Assembly (NCBI GenBank): GCA_048885865.1
Contig: JBHLLF010000021.1
Span: 1 to 48,711, forward strand
Origin: Candidatus Hermodarchaeota archaeon
GTDB lineage: Archaea; Asgardarchaeota; Thorarchaeia; Thorarchaeales; Thorarchaeaceae
Reading direction: 5' to 3'
DNA length: 48,711 nucleotides
This document shows, piece after piece, positions 28,157-37,645 of this stretch. Numbering within the stretch: position 1 is the first letter of the stretch; each line of letters opens with the position of its first letter. The notes under the pieces are model-generated. The model worked only from the letters and a program-made list of their open reading frames with translations, was not told where the DNA came from and ran no database searches. The translations under genes were made by a program, and so were the position numbers.

Positions 28157-30499
28157 ATGAAAAAGAAGGCACACTTCAAAGCTGATGAAGCGAAGACCGC
28201 TTTAGGCATCTTCAAAGGTCTTGAGATCAGAATTGGTCAAATTGTGGATGACGAATGGGATGAGCCAATGGGCCCAACCCCCATGCCGAGTCCAACCGGT
28301 CTCCGCTCTTGGGACCACCAGCTCTTGTCGAAGTACCAACCATCCTACATGCCCTATTGTCAGGTCTGTTGCCTATGTACTTTCGGCAAATGTGACCTCT
28401 CTGGTGACAAACGAGGTGCTTGTGGGATTGACCTGAAAGGGCAACAGGCAAGGATTGTGCTTGCAGCAGCCAATATAGGTAATGCAGCACACCTGGCTCA
28501 TGCAAGACACTTGGTTGACCACTTAATTGATGAATTTGGTCCCCAGACCGATCTTATTCAAGGGCCTGGCACTGAGATACATGCACCTGTTTCACGATTG
28601 GCAACAGGAATGCGACCCAGAACTCTTGAGGATGCAAGCATTATCCTTGACTATTGCGAGAGCCAGCTGGCACACACACTCTCGGCAGTACATACTGGCC
28701 AAGAAGGAAGCTGGCTGGACTTCGAGAGCAAGGTTCTCCATGTTGGTATGATTGATCAAATAAGCATGGAGATTGCAGACCTTGTTCAGATTGCAACTTT
28801 GGATTTTCCAAAAGCCGATCCAGAAGCACCACTTGTGGACTCAGGCATGGGAATGATGGATACCAATAAGGCAATCATTCTGACCATTGGCCATAATATT
28901 GTACCAGCAGCATCGATAACTGACTATATTACTGAGAAAAAACTTGGAGGGCAGGTTGAGGTGGGCGGGATGTGCTGTACCGCTTGGGACATCACACGAC
29001 GTGATCCAAGCGCCAAGGTTGTTGGGCCAATCTCATGGCAGCTTAGATACATACGAAGCGGCAAGGCAGATGTAGTGGTAGTTGACGAACAATGTGTCCG
29101 GACTGATGTTGTCAGTGAGGCTCAAAAAGTGAAAGCGCCAGTCATTTCAACCAGTGACAAGGCTGTTATGGGACTGCCTGACAGATCTGGCGACTCAATT
29201 GACTCTATTGTGGAAGAACTTGTATCAGGGAAGATACCTGGCGCATATATCCATGACCACCATAAGGTCGGAGCGGTGGCGACCAAAGTAGCCCTCGCTG
29301 TAATGCCAAAGAGGAGGAAGATGAAATTCTTCCCGACAAAGAAGCAAATCCAGAAGATGGCGCAAGATTGCAGGAAATGCAGCGAGTGCATTCGCTCATG
29401 TCCAAATGACCAGCCAATCATGGACGCTGTGCTGGCGGCGCAGACAGGGAACTTTGAACCGTTACGTGATGTCTATCGTAACTGCATTGGATGTGCACGG
29501 TGTGAATCTGCTTGTCCCAATGGCTATGATTTGCACAGTTGGATGGTTGTTGCAGCAGAAAAAGACTGCAAAGATGAAATCTACAAGCTTCGAACAGGTA
29601 GAGGCGCAATTCAGGACACCGAGATTCGTAGTGTTGGGCAACCCATCGTCTTTGGTGAGATTCCTGGAGTGATTGCTCATGTTGGCTGCGCCAACTATCC
29701 AGGCGGAGGAGAAGCAATTCACGAAATGGCTGAGGAGTTCGCAAAGCGAAGATACATCATATTGACGTCTGGATGCGCAGCGATGTCAGCAGGCTCTGTA
29801 AGAGATGAGAACGGACAATCAATCTACGAGCGACGTGGTGGCGAATTTGATGCCGGTTGCGTAATCAATGTTGGCTCATGCGTATCCAACCCCCATATCG
29901 CTGGTGCTGCAATCAAGATTGCTGCGATATTTGCCAAGAGGAACTTACGAGGCAACTATGCAGAGATTGCTGATTATATCCACAATCGTGTGGGCGCAGT
30001 GGGGATATCTTGGGGTGCCATGTCACAAAAGGCTGCATCAATTGCTGCAGGATTCTGGAGACTCGGTGTTCCTGTGATTGTGGGACCACATGGCTCCAAA
30101 TATCGCAGGATGCTGCTTGGCAAAGCAGAGGAGGAGCGGGCTTGGACTGTCTATGATGCACGCACTGGAGAACGCGTGGTAACTGCTCCGGGTCCTGAAC
30201 ACCTATTCTATGCCGCTGAAACCGTCGCAGAAGCCAATGTGATGACAGCAAAGCTCTGTATTAGACCCAATGACACAAGTAAAGGACGATCCATCAAACT
30301 GAGCCACTATATTGACATCCACGAGAATTCGTATGGCTTCTTCCCTGAGGATGTTTGGAGATACATCCGTCGAGAATCGGATATTCCAATCACATTGAAG
30401 GACAAGATTCTAGCTCAGATGAAGGAGAACAAGTGGAAGGAAAGGACAATTCCAGATCCAACGCTTCTCAAGGAGCTAGTTATGGGAGGTGGCAAATAG
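28157..30499 (+). CDS. cdhA: CO dehydrogenase/acetyl-CoA decarbonylase-synthase alpha subunit
   Basis: EPMGPTPMP, CCLCTFGKCDL, GHN, CCT, two ferredoxin motifs, GSCVSNPH and IPDPT. Confidence 0.96.
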   Translation: MKKKAHFKADEAKTALGIFKGLEIRIGQIVDDEWDEPMGPTPMPSPTGLRSWDHQLLSKYQPSYMPYCQVCCLCTFGKCDLSGDKRGACGIDLKGQQARIVLAAANIGNAAHLAHARHLVDHLIDEFGPQTDLIQGPGTEIHAPVSRLATGMRPRTLEDASIILDYCESQLAHTLSAVHTGQEGSWLDFESKVLHVGMIDQISMEIADLVQIATLDFPKADPEAPLVDSGMGMMDTNKAIILTIGHNIVPAASITDYITEKKLGGQVEVGGMCCTAWDITRRDPSAKVVGPISWQLRYIRSGKADVVVVDEQCVRTDVVSEAQKVKAPVISTSDKAVMGLPDRSGDSIDSIVEELVSGKIPGAYIHDHHKVGAVATKVALAVMPKRRKMKFFPTKKQIQKMAQDCRKCSECIRSCPNDQPIMDAVLAAQTGNFEPLRDVYRNCIGCARCESACPNGYDLHSWMVVAAEKDCKDEIYKLRTGRGAIQDTEIRSVGQPIVFGEIPGVIAHVGCANYPGGGEAIHEMAEEFAKRRYIILTSGCAAMSAGSVRDENGQSIYERRGGEFDAGCVINVGSCVSNPHIAGAAIKIAAIFAKRNLRGNYAEIADYIHNRVGAVGISWGAMSQKAASIAAGFWRLGVPVIVGPHGSKYRRMLLGKAEEERAWTVYDARTGERVVTAPGPEHLFYAAETVAEANVMTAKLCIRPNDTSKGRSIKLSHYIDIHENSYGFFPEDVWRYIRRESDIPITLKDKILAQMKENKWKERTIPDPTLLKELVMGGGK

Positions 30500-30504
30500 C
30501 GGTG

Positions 30505-31056
30505 ATGAGACCAGTACCCTGGCAGACAGGGGAGATTTGTGGCCCTGATAGTGCAAAGTCACTCAACAAAGCCACTCAACTCAAAAGAACCTTCACAAAA
30601 TCAAAGCGGCCCTTATTGATTGTGGGATCAGATGCAGTTAACATGACACATGGGGAGGGTGACATGATTGACTATGCAATAGCCCTTTCAAAGGCGGCAA
30701 AGATACCTGTTGTTGCGACTGGAGGTGCAATCAAGACCTTTATTGAGAAGGGTTTTGAGGGCTGTAAATCAATGGGTGCAATGGAATTAGCAAACTCCCT
30801 TCAGGATGAATCGTGGTCAGGCCCCCATGAAAAGGGCCCTCACGATTTGATCTTGGTCTATGGCATCCCGTACTATATGCAATGGACGCTGCTATCTGCA
30901 GTCATGAATTTTGGAACCCATCTGACAAAGGTTTCTCTGGGGCGCTATTATCAACCACATGCAGATTGGTCATTCCCGAACATGAAAGAGAAGCAGTGGC
31001 ACGAGATTCTGGATGAAATTCTGGAGTTTGTGGGAGGAGGGAGGACCAAATCATAG
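30505..31056 (+). CDS. cdhB: CODH/ACDS epsilon subunit
   Basis: KRPLLIVG, HDL....G.PYY and YYQPHADWSFPN motifs; directly after cdhA. Confidence 0.92.
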   Translation: MRPVPWQTGEICGPDSAKSLNKATQLKRTFTKSKRPLLIVGSDAVNMTHGEGDMIDYAIALSKAAKIPVVATGGAIKTFIEKGFEGCKSMGAMELANSLQDESWSGPHEKGPHDLILVYGIPYYMQWTLLSAVMNFGTHLTKVSLGRYYQPHADWSFPNMKEKQWHEILDEILEFVGGGRTKS

Positions 31057-31088
31057 AGATTTTGATTAGAATTCACTGGAGATGATAC

Positions 31089-31313
31089 ATGATGCGATTG
31101 ACTGTTCTAATTCAAGCAGTTGGAAAGGAAATATGGGAAGCCTGCAAAGAAATTGAGGAAATTGAGGGTGTCAAGACTGTTAAGGTCGTAATCGGGACAT
31201 TTGATGCAATTGCATACGCAGAACTACCCGAGTTGACAGGATTGCGACAGCTCTTAGACAGCATTCATAGAACGGAGGGAATCATTAGGACTGAAACCTG
31301 TATTGCAATATGA
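31089..31313 (+). CDS. Stand-alone Lrp/AsnC ligand-binding domain protein
   Basis: IEGV....V.GTFDAIAYAE..TETCIA; paralogue of 10194. Confidence 0.8.
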   Translation: MMRLTVLIQAVGKEIWEACKEIEEIEGVKTVKVVIGTFDAIAYAELPELTGLRQLLDSIHRTEGIIRTETCIAI

Positions 31314-31449
31314 CTGAAAGTTGGAGAGCCATGAATTCACTTTGCATTTGATCGGAAGAAAACTCCAAAGATTTGGCTAAATATGATTTCCATTTATAAT
31401 TCAAGTCTGAGTAATATTGGACTCAAAATGCAAGGGGAAGGAATCTCTT

Positions 31450-31629
31450 CTAAAATTGCAGAGGATTTCCCTTGTCTGGCAGAAAAACATAGACGTTATA
31501 TTGGACATGCATAGGATCATCTTTGATGCGCCTAATATGGACAAACGCTCTCAGATGATTCTCTGCACATTGTTCTAGGTATTTTTCGACCTTGATTTCA
31601 CTTGTTGTTGTCAACAGATGCTGAATCAT
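31450..31629 (-). CDS. Small hypothetical protein
   Basis: Short ORF only. Confidence 0.35.
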   Translation of the reverse strand: MIQHLLTTTSEIKVEKYLEQCAENHLRAFVHIRRIKDDPMHVQYNVYVFLPDKGNPLQF

Positions 31630-31696
31630 TTTGATGCCCCCCAAGGGATAGATTCAAACTCTAGACGATAATACTGGCTTTTTGGTGGGAGTGACT

Positions 31697-32008
31697 TCAT
31701 GCTACCTCCTCAGCTTGGTCTACTTCCCACTCATCTTCCCCCAGCTCGTCCCTCAATAAACGAATCAATCGGTCTCTGGTCATTTCAAAGGTATCTTGCC
31801 TTAGGGCTGTTGCTATTACAGCCAAACTCCTGATAAGATCAAGAATCATGTATTCATTAGAGCTTGCCAGCCATTTCTCTTCCTCAAGTATCTGTTCTAC
31901 CTCTTCTAGATCTGCTGGCAGATTGATTTCCGAAAGAATGTGTATGGCAACTGTTCTAAGACGGTTTAGAGATTCCGCTAATAGATGGTTTCTTTCTGTT
32001 CCGACCAT
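31697..32008 (-). CDS. Acidic helical hypothetical protein
   Basis: Protein-like composition; GAGGGA upstream of MVGTE. Confidence 0.5.
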   Translation of the reverse strand: MVGTERNHLLAESLNRLRTVAIHILSEINLPADLEEVEQILEEEKWLASSNEYMILDLIRSLAVIATALRQDTFEMTRDRLIRLLRDELGEDEWEVDQAEEVA

Positions 32009-32493
32009 TCTAATCCCTCTTTCTTTCTGAAAGCACACCACAAACGGGCTTCTGTTTCTCGAATCGGTTGGACTGGCTCTCTGAATTTAGTATCATTCTT
32101 TCTCTCAATTGTATTCACTTCAAAGTCATTCTTTACATCTAATATGGCAGAAAAAACAGGATTCGGATTTACTACCCAACCTTTGATGTCCGTGATGCAT
32201 CCAAAGTAATGACCATGAAGGCATCAATTCTTGGACCGAAGGCTGCCTTCTCCAATGTTGTGTCTATTCTTAGTATATCTAGCAGTTAATGCGAAGACTT
32301 CGCTTATAAATATAATCAAAAGATTAATAGAACACTATAAATATTATACAGTTATTATATAAATTACTATCTTTAGAATTGCGACTCCGCACCTTGGAAT
32401 ATGAGTTGTTGTGACAGTACCAAGTGCATGGTTCAATCTGAAAGTATTTAGTCATGAATCTAGAGCCCGTGCAGTCAAGGACTGTTACTGATA

Positions 32494-33798
32494 TTGTCAG
32501 AGAACCCCATAGAACTAGATGGCGCAAATACCCCTAGTCCAAACTATGAAGGAAGCGTACTTACCGTACTAAATCTCTCTCTGGTGACGTTCCTAGTCAT
32601 CATTGGTCTGAGCATGGTCGCTCCAATTCTTCCCACATACGCAGAGAGCTTTCAAGTTTCATACACACTCGTTGGTTTTGTTGTGTCATCCTTTGCGGTA
32701 ATGCGAATGCTTCTTGATTTGCCTGCAGGTCTTTTCTCAAGGAGGTTTGACAAGAAGAAAATCATGATGTCAGGCTTGGTTCTCATCTCTACTTCATCCG
32801 TATTGGCTGGTTTCGCTCTCAACTATTCTACCCTTGTTATTGCTCGAATGATCGAGGGAGCAGGTTCAGCTCTGTATGTCACCACAGCAACAGTGTTCCT
32901 TGCTCAAATCTCTGGAGAGGAGAAGAGGGGACAATGGATGAGCCTTTACATGGGAATGTTGCTTCTCGGCTCCATCTTTGGGCCTACATTTGGAGGTATT
33001 ATTGCAGACACGTATGATATTCGTGCACCCTTTTTTGCCTACGCAATAATAACAGGCATTAGTTTGATTCCAACATTCGTATTGCCAAAGCTACCTAATT
33101 CCGGAAATGGGTCTTCTCTTTCGCGAAATCAAATCCTCCACGACATGAGGGAAATTCTATCCACCCCCTCATTCCTCTTGGTGACCTTTGCAGTCTTCAC
33201 AACATTCTTTCTGCGAACAGGGGTGAGAACTACACTAGTACCCCTATATGCGGCGAATAACTTAGGGCTAGACTCAGGTGCGATCGGCCTTATCCTTACT
33301 ATTGGCGGAGTAACAACAGCTCTTACAATTACACCGATGGGAAGTATTTCAGATAGAATTGGGAGAAAGATTCCCCTAGCATTATGTCTTATTCTGACTG
33401 CGGGAGTTACGTTACTAATCCCACTATCTACAGACCTATTCACGCTGTCCTTTGCTATGGCAGTATATGGAGCGGTCATTGGGTTCTCAGGTCCTAGCGC
33501 GGCCTATGTGACTGATGTATCACCACAGGACAAATTGGAGATATCCATGGGACTCTATCGGATGATCAGTGACTTTGGTTTCGTCGTGGGACCTCTTCTA
33601 CTTGGCCTTTTAGCAGACATAACAGCCACCCCTGTAGTTGGAGCATCCCACTCAGGTCTAATTGGGTTGGTTCCTTTTGTGGCGGCATCAATTATTCTTA
33701 TTGTAGCATTCTTTGTACTCCTAAAGGCTGATGATCCAGCAAGGGATAGAAACCAATTGAAGAACAGAGAAGTACAGATTTCTGACCCTCGAAGGTAG
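32494..33798 (+). CDS. MFS transporter (DHA1-like efflux)
   Basis: About 12 TM; SDRIGRK motif A; ARMIEGAG. Confidence 0.9.
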   Translation: MSENPIELDGANTPSPNYEGSVLTVLNLSLVTFLVIIGLSMVAPILPTYAESFQVSYTLVGFVVSSFAVMRMLLDLPAGLFSRRFDKKKIMMSGLVLISTSSVLAGFALNYSTLVIARMIEGAGSALYVTTATVFLAQISGEEKRGQWMSLYMGMLLLGSIFGPTFGGIIADTYDIRAPFFAYAIITGISLIPTFVLPKLPNSGNGSSLSRNQILHDMREILSTPSFLLVTFAVFTTFFLRTGVRTTLVPLYAANNLGLDSGAIGLILTIGGVTTALTITPMGSISDRIGRKIPLALCLILTAGVTLLIPLSTDLFTLSFAMAVYGAVIGFSGPSAAYVTDVSPQDKLEISMGLYRMISDFGFVVGPLLLGLLADITATPVVGASHSGLIGLVPFVAASIILIVAFFVLLKADDPARDRNQLKNREVQISDPRR

Positions 33799-33807
33799 TC
33801 TTCTAGC

Positions 33808-33890
33808 AAAATGAAACGAGAGGTTGATCAACGGTAGGCAATGGGAAATCCATCAAATACTCTATTCTACCGCCTCTACTTTCCTCCCCT
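33808..33890 (-). repeat. 16S-trailer repeat copy R5 (degenerate)
   Basis: Colinear blocks AAAATGAAA, AATACTCTAT and CCGCCTCTACTT as in 48428-48498; GCAATGGG.AATCCA.CAA shared with R4. Confidence 0.7.
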
Positions 33891-34380
33891 CCTTTATCCA
33901 ACGCAGAATCCTAGTTTTTGCCCATCGATAATGATTGGCGGAGTTCGCCAGAATGTAGCCAGCGATATTTTCAGCCCCAGTCCATTCGAATCTACCGACC
34001 TCAAACAGATCCTCTTCAGGGATGCCATTGATTGCCTCAAGCAACCTCTCGTAGGATGATTGAAATTCGGCCTTTACATCTTCAAGGATTCGATTTCGAT
34101 GTTTTTCGAAGACCTCCTGATTCAGGATGTGCAGTTGGCTCCATTTCAGACCTGGTGCAGGGGTTTCTGGCACTTCACCTTGGAGTCCTGCTTTGTACCA
34201 TCCAAGAAATCGCTGTTCCCAGTCAAAGAGATGGGCCATGATGTCCTTCACAGACCACTCCGCAATGACACCAGGCACTAGCATGTCTTCATCAGAAAGG
34301 GACGCGAGATTCTTTTCTAATCTGCGACGCTCAACATGGATCCTTTCTATGATGCTGTCCTTGGTCCTAAGTTTCTTCAT
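33862..34380 (-). CDS. ClbS/DfsB-like four-helix bundle (DinB superfamily) protein
   Basis: WSVKDIMAHLFDWE and N...HY.WA motifs. Confidence 0.8.
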   Translation of the reverse strand: MKKLRTKDSIIERIHVERRRLEKNLASLSDEDMLVPGVIAEWSVKDIMAHLFDWEQRFLGWYKAGLQGEVPETPAPGLKWSQLHILNQEVFEKHRNRILEDVKAEFQSSYERLLEAINGIPEEDLFEVGRFEWTGAENIAGYILANSANHYRWAKTRILRWIKEGRKVEAVE

Positions 34381-34461
34381 TTGGACTCACTCACGAGTAC
34401 CAATTACTACTGTACTTATCAGCAATAACTATTGAGTTCATAGCCATTATAGGGATAGCAC

Positions 34462-34593
34462 AAAATGAAAAGGGCGCTCAGCAATCAGCAATGGGCAATC
34501 CACCAATAATCAATCTCACCATCGTCTGCACTTCTTTCCACCTTAGAAAGCAAAGGTGACCCACCCGCCGCTTCCGCTACGGATACCTTGTTA
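34462..34593 (-). repeat. 16S-trailer repeat copy R4, including a displaced ~40-nt 16S 3'-end fragment
   Basis: GCTTCCGCTACGGATACCTTGTTA (34570-34593) is identical to 48546-48569; the rest is colinear with the trailer. Confidence 0.92.
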
Positions 34594-34649
34594 AATAGTG
34601 AAAGAAATCACAAGCAGAATAGACTCACTTCATATCAGAGGGTCGATAA

Positions 34650-35240
34650 ATGAATAGGATGAATCCCAAGGTTGATGCATATTTGAGCAAAGCCAAAGAG
34701 TGGCAGGAAGAATTCGAGAAATTGAGATTGATTATTCTTGATTGTGGGTTGACCGAGGAATTGAAGTGGGGCAAGCCTTGCTACACGTTTCAGAAAAGTA
34801 ACATAGTTATAATTCAAGGATTCAAGGAATACTGTGCGCTTCTTTTTTTCAAAGGCGCCTTGTTGAAAGATGCCAATGGTATTCTAATCAAACCAGGGGA
34901 GAGTACGCAGGCGGGGCGCCAGATTCGGTTCACCAATTCTCAACAAGTAGCTGAGATGGAACCAATCTTGAAGGACTATATTCATGAAGCCATTGAAGTG
35001 GAAAAAGCGGGTTTGAAGGTTGATTTTAAGTCGACTACAGAATTCAAAATTCCTGGGGAATTTCAAAGTAAGTTGGATGAAATCCCTGACTTGAAAACTG
35101 CTTTTGATGCATTGACGCCGGGACGGCAAAGAGCGTACATTCTCTATTTCTCTCAACCCAAACAATCCAAGACCAGGAATTCAAGGGTTGAAAAATATAT
35201 GCAGCAAATTCTCAATGGGAAAGGATTGAATGATCGTTAA
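34650..35240 (+). CDS. YdeI/OmpD-associated family (DUF1801) protein, bacterial type
   Basis: LTEELKWGKPCY, FFKGALL.D and F..LTPGRQR.Y motifs. Confidence 0.9.
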   Translation: MNRMNPKVDAYLSKAKEWQEEFEKLRLIILDCGLTEELKWGKPCYTFQKSNIVIIQGFKEYCALLFFKGALLKDANGILIKPGESTQAGRQIRFTNSQQVAEMEPILKDYIHEAIEVEKAGLKVDFKSTTEFKIPGEFQSKLDEIPDLKTAFDALTPGRQRAYILYFSQPKQSKTRNSRVEKYMQQILNGKGLNDR

Positions 35241-35276
35241 ATTCGATGATAGAATAAATTAATCGAAATTCAAGAT

Positions 35277-35365
35277 GCCGCCTCATTCTTCGTTCATTCG
35301 AGCTTCGAATCTACCAACCTCAAGCAAATCCACTTCAGCAATACTATTGAGTTCATAGCCATTAT
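35277..35365 (-). pseudogene. Internally deleted remnant duplicate of the ClbS/DfsB cassette
   Basis: 35304-35338 matches 33985-34019 (31/35); 35336-35365 matches 34420-34450 (one indel). Confidence 0.7.
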
Positions 35366-35432
35366 GATGTCAAATGCTATCTTTTTCAATGTCTTGAGAG
35401 AACCTGCTAAGGTTTCTAGTATTGATGGACTT

Positions 35433-36314
35433 CTACGGTTTCAGGTTTGTCAAGTCCAAACTGACCTCCCAAAGCCGTTTTGCGGTTACCAAGTCATAGG
35501 ACTCGTCTGAGGATTGCTTTTCTGACTTCTTCTCAAAGTATTTGCCTGTAACACCCTCGACCTCAGGGGAAGCTGCGAGATAGATTGAAGTCTCCGCACC
35601 TTTCTCTGGACTGCTTGCAAAGCGGCTAAAGATTCTATAGAGTATCCGAGAGAGTCGTGGGATGTCAGGATCCTTCTCAACAAGACCAGTAGCTACTGCA
35701 CCTGGATGGAGGCAATTAGCTGTGACCCCTGTGCCATCAAGTCTTCTTGCCAGCTCATAGGTAAACAGGACCAAAGCTAGTTTGCTCATATTATTCGCTC
35801 TCGAGCCATCATACTTGTTCTCTGACATCAGGTCATTGAAATCCATAGTTGCCCTTCTATGATAGGCACCGGACACATTGACTATGCGTGATGGCGCACT
35901 CGCTTTGAGTTTCTCAATGAGGAGATTCGTCAATAGGAAAGGAGCCAAGTAATTGACGGCGAATGTTATTTCAGTACCCTCTTCTGTGATAGTTCTCCTC
36001 GTCCTGTACGTTCCCGCATTGTTAACTAAGATATGAAGAGCTTGATAGCGATTCTCAAACTCTTTGGCAAGGCTTCGAATAGAATCCTGTAATGACAAGT
36101 CGCATAATAGAAAGCTGACTTGGTCATTACCTGTCTTGCTAACAATTTCTTTAACTGCTTCCTCTGCTTTTGGTCCATTGCGACACACTAGCACTACATT
36201 TGCACCCATATTCGCAAGTCCAATAGCTGTCGCCTTTCCAATTCCGGAGCTAGCTCCTGTGACCATGCAGACCTTGTGTTTCAAATACTCTGACTTACCA
36301 TGATTTTCAGTCAA
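35433..36314 (-). CDS. SDR oxidoreductase (retinol dehydrogenase-like)
   Basis: TGASSGIG, NNAG, RIVNVS and LHPG.V.T motifs; likely TTG start after GGAAGGTGA. Confidence 0.88.
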   Translation of the reverse strand: MTENHGKSEYLKHKVCMVTGASSGIGKATAIGLANMGANVVLVCRNGPKAEEAVKEIVSKTGNDQVSFLLCDLSLQDSIRSLAKEFENRYQALHILVNNAGTYRTRRTITEEGTEITFAVNYLAPFLLTNLLIEKLKASAPSRIVNVSGAYHRRATMDFNDLMSENKYDGSRANNMSKLALVLFTYELARRLDGTGVTANCLHPGAVATGLVEKDPDIPRLSRILYRIFSRFASSPEKGAETSIYLAASPEVEGVTGKYFEKKSEKQSSDESYDLVTAKRLWEVSLDLTNLKP

Positions 36315-36423
36315 ATCGTTCACCTTCCTCTCAATCGCAACAATTGCAGTTGATTCATATTCTGATGATGTGCTGCTAATCTTCCAGAAACAAGAAGCCG
36401 TGCCACTGGCACGACTATTGTTA

Positions 36424-36633
36424 CTAATTTGTAATTTGATCGAGGCCAGCAATACCTAGACAAGCCAGAGCAATCCCAGCAAGGGATTGATCGACTGGTT
36501 GACCAACTATTGGTAGTACGATTATAACAACTCCCATCGCCAATGCAATTGCATATAGTACAAGGATTACCAACTTCTTCGGGGAAAGCCCCTCAGATGC
36601 CAAATCCTCTCTAATCTCTTCCATTTCTCTCAT
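36424..36633 (-). CDS. Small 2-TM membrane protein
   Basis: IALAMGV.IIVL and GIALACLGIAGL segments. Confidence 0.55.
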   Translation of the reverse strand: MREMEEIREDLASEGLSPKKLVILVLYAIALAMGVVIIVLPIVGQPVDQSLAGIALACLGIAGLDQITN

Positions 36634-36807
36634 CTCTTGGAACTTTGAGATATCGCTCTATGACCAATATCACCCTTCATTCGTATCTCCACCCTGATAA
36701 GAGTATAACGGTGTTATTGAATGAGGGGTGGCGGCTTAAGGCGCGATCCTATGATGGTTTTCGAATATTCCCAACCTCAAACATCATGTAACTGACTTGT
36801 TTCCAGT

Positions 36808-36826
36808 AAAATGAAAGGGTGCTCAG
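36808..36826 (-). repeat. 16S-trailer repeat copy R3 (19 bp)
   Basis: AAAATGAAAGGGTGCTCAG is identical to 48428-48446. Confidence 0.8.
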
Positions 36827-36849
36827 TTCACCAAAAACCCAATGAGGAG

Positions 36850-36869
36850 ATACTGTCATATGACGGTAT
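36850..36869. promoter_or_regulatory. Palindrome ATACTGTCATATGACGGTAT upstream of HTH regulator
   Basis: Near-perfect palindrome; core shared with 564-577. Confidence 0.55.
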
Positions 36870-36896
36870 ACAATACATTACGCAAAAGGGAGAGAA

Positions 36897-37640
36897 TTGG
36901 CTATGACTCTATTTGAACTTGAATTCAAGATTCGACACAATTGTAGATTGGCAGACTTTTCCTATCGCCAACCCCTTGCAGGTGTGCACATGTGGAGAAT
37001 AAAGAACCATGAAATCATTGAGGTGTTTTCTCGAGATGGAACAGAAAATCCAGACGCGCTAGAAGATGCGTGTACTCTTGATGGTATAATTGATCATGTT
37101 GGAAACAAGTATCAGAACCATCTCATATCAAAATCAATTCCATGTGGAGTGGACAAAACCATTGAAGATTGCTCATCCAAGCTCGATATTCTTCATTTGG
37201 CACCTGTTAGTTACTACAGTGGATGGGAGTATCATAAGGTGGTAGCATTCAGACAAGATGACATAACCAAGCTCATAGAGGAATTCCAGGAGGGCAGCTA
37301 CATGCCGTCGATTCTCCGCAAAGTACCATTCAGTGGGTTCTCTGAAGGGTCGATGACAGTGCGAACAGAGTCTTTGTTCAACGGCTTGACTGATCTGCAG
37401 ACGGATGCAGTTCTTACTGCGCATTCTCATGGATATTACCGAATACCGAGAACTGCAGATGTCAAGACAATATCAAACAGCATAGGTGTCAGAAGGACTA
37501 CTTTTCAGGAACATCTGCGAAAAGGAGAGAACAAAATCATGCAAGCGCTAATACCGCATCTTCACACGTGGCATCACTTCTCAGGGAAGAGGGGATCTCA
37601 TCCAATGTCAGTTGAGGTTGGTATAGCTGAAGAAATCTGA
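36897..37640 (+). CDS. Bacterio-opsin activator-like (HTH_10) transcriptional regulator
   Basis: LTD.Q...V..A...GYY.IPR......I....G....TF.EHLRK.E.K motif. Confidence 0.85.
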   Translation: MAMTLFELEFKIRHNCRLADFSYRQPLAGVHMWRIKNHEIIEVFSRDGTENPDALEDACTLDGIIDHVGNKYQNHLISKSIPCGVDKTIEDCSSKLDILHLAPVSYYSGWEYHKVVAFRQDDITKLIEEFQEGSYMPSILRKVPFSGFSEGSMTVRTESLFNGLTDLQTDAVLTAHSHGYYRIPRTADVKTISNSIGVRRTTFQEHLRKGENKIMQALIPHLHTWHHFSGKRGSHPMSVEVGIAEEI

Positions 37641-37645
37641 GTTTT

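Noticed and set aside
30355-30504. Long N-terminus of cdhB overlapping cdhA
   Set aside because: Family-like sequence starts at ATG 30505 after GGAGGTGG/GGTG.
31425-31437. AAAATGCAAGGGG as a seventh repeat remnant
   Set aside because: Too short and mismatched to distinguish from chance.
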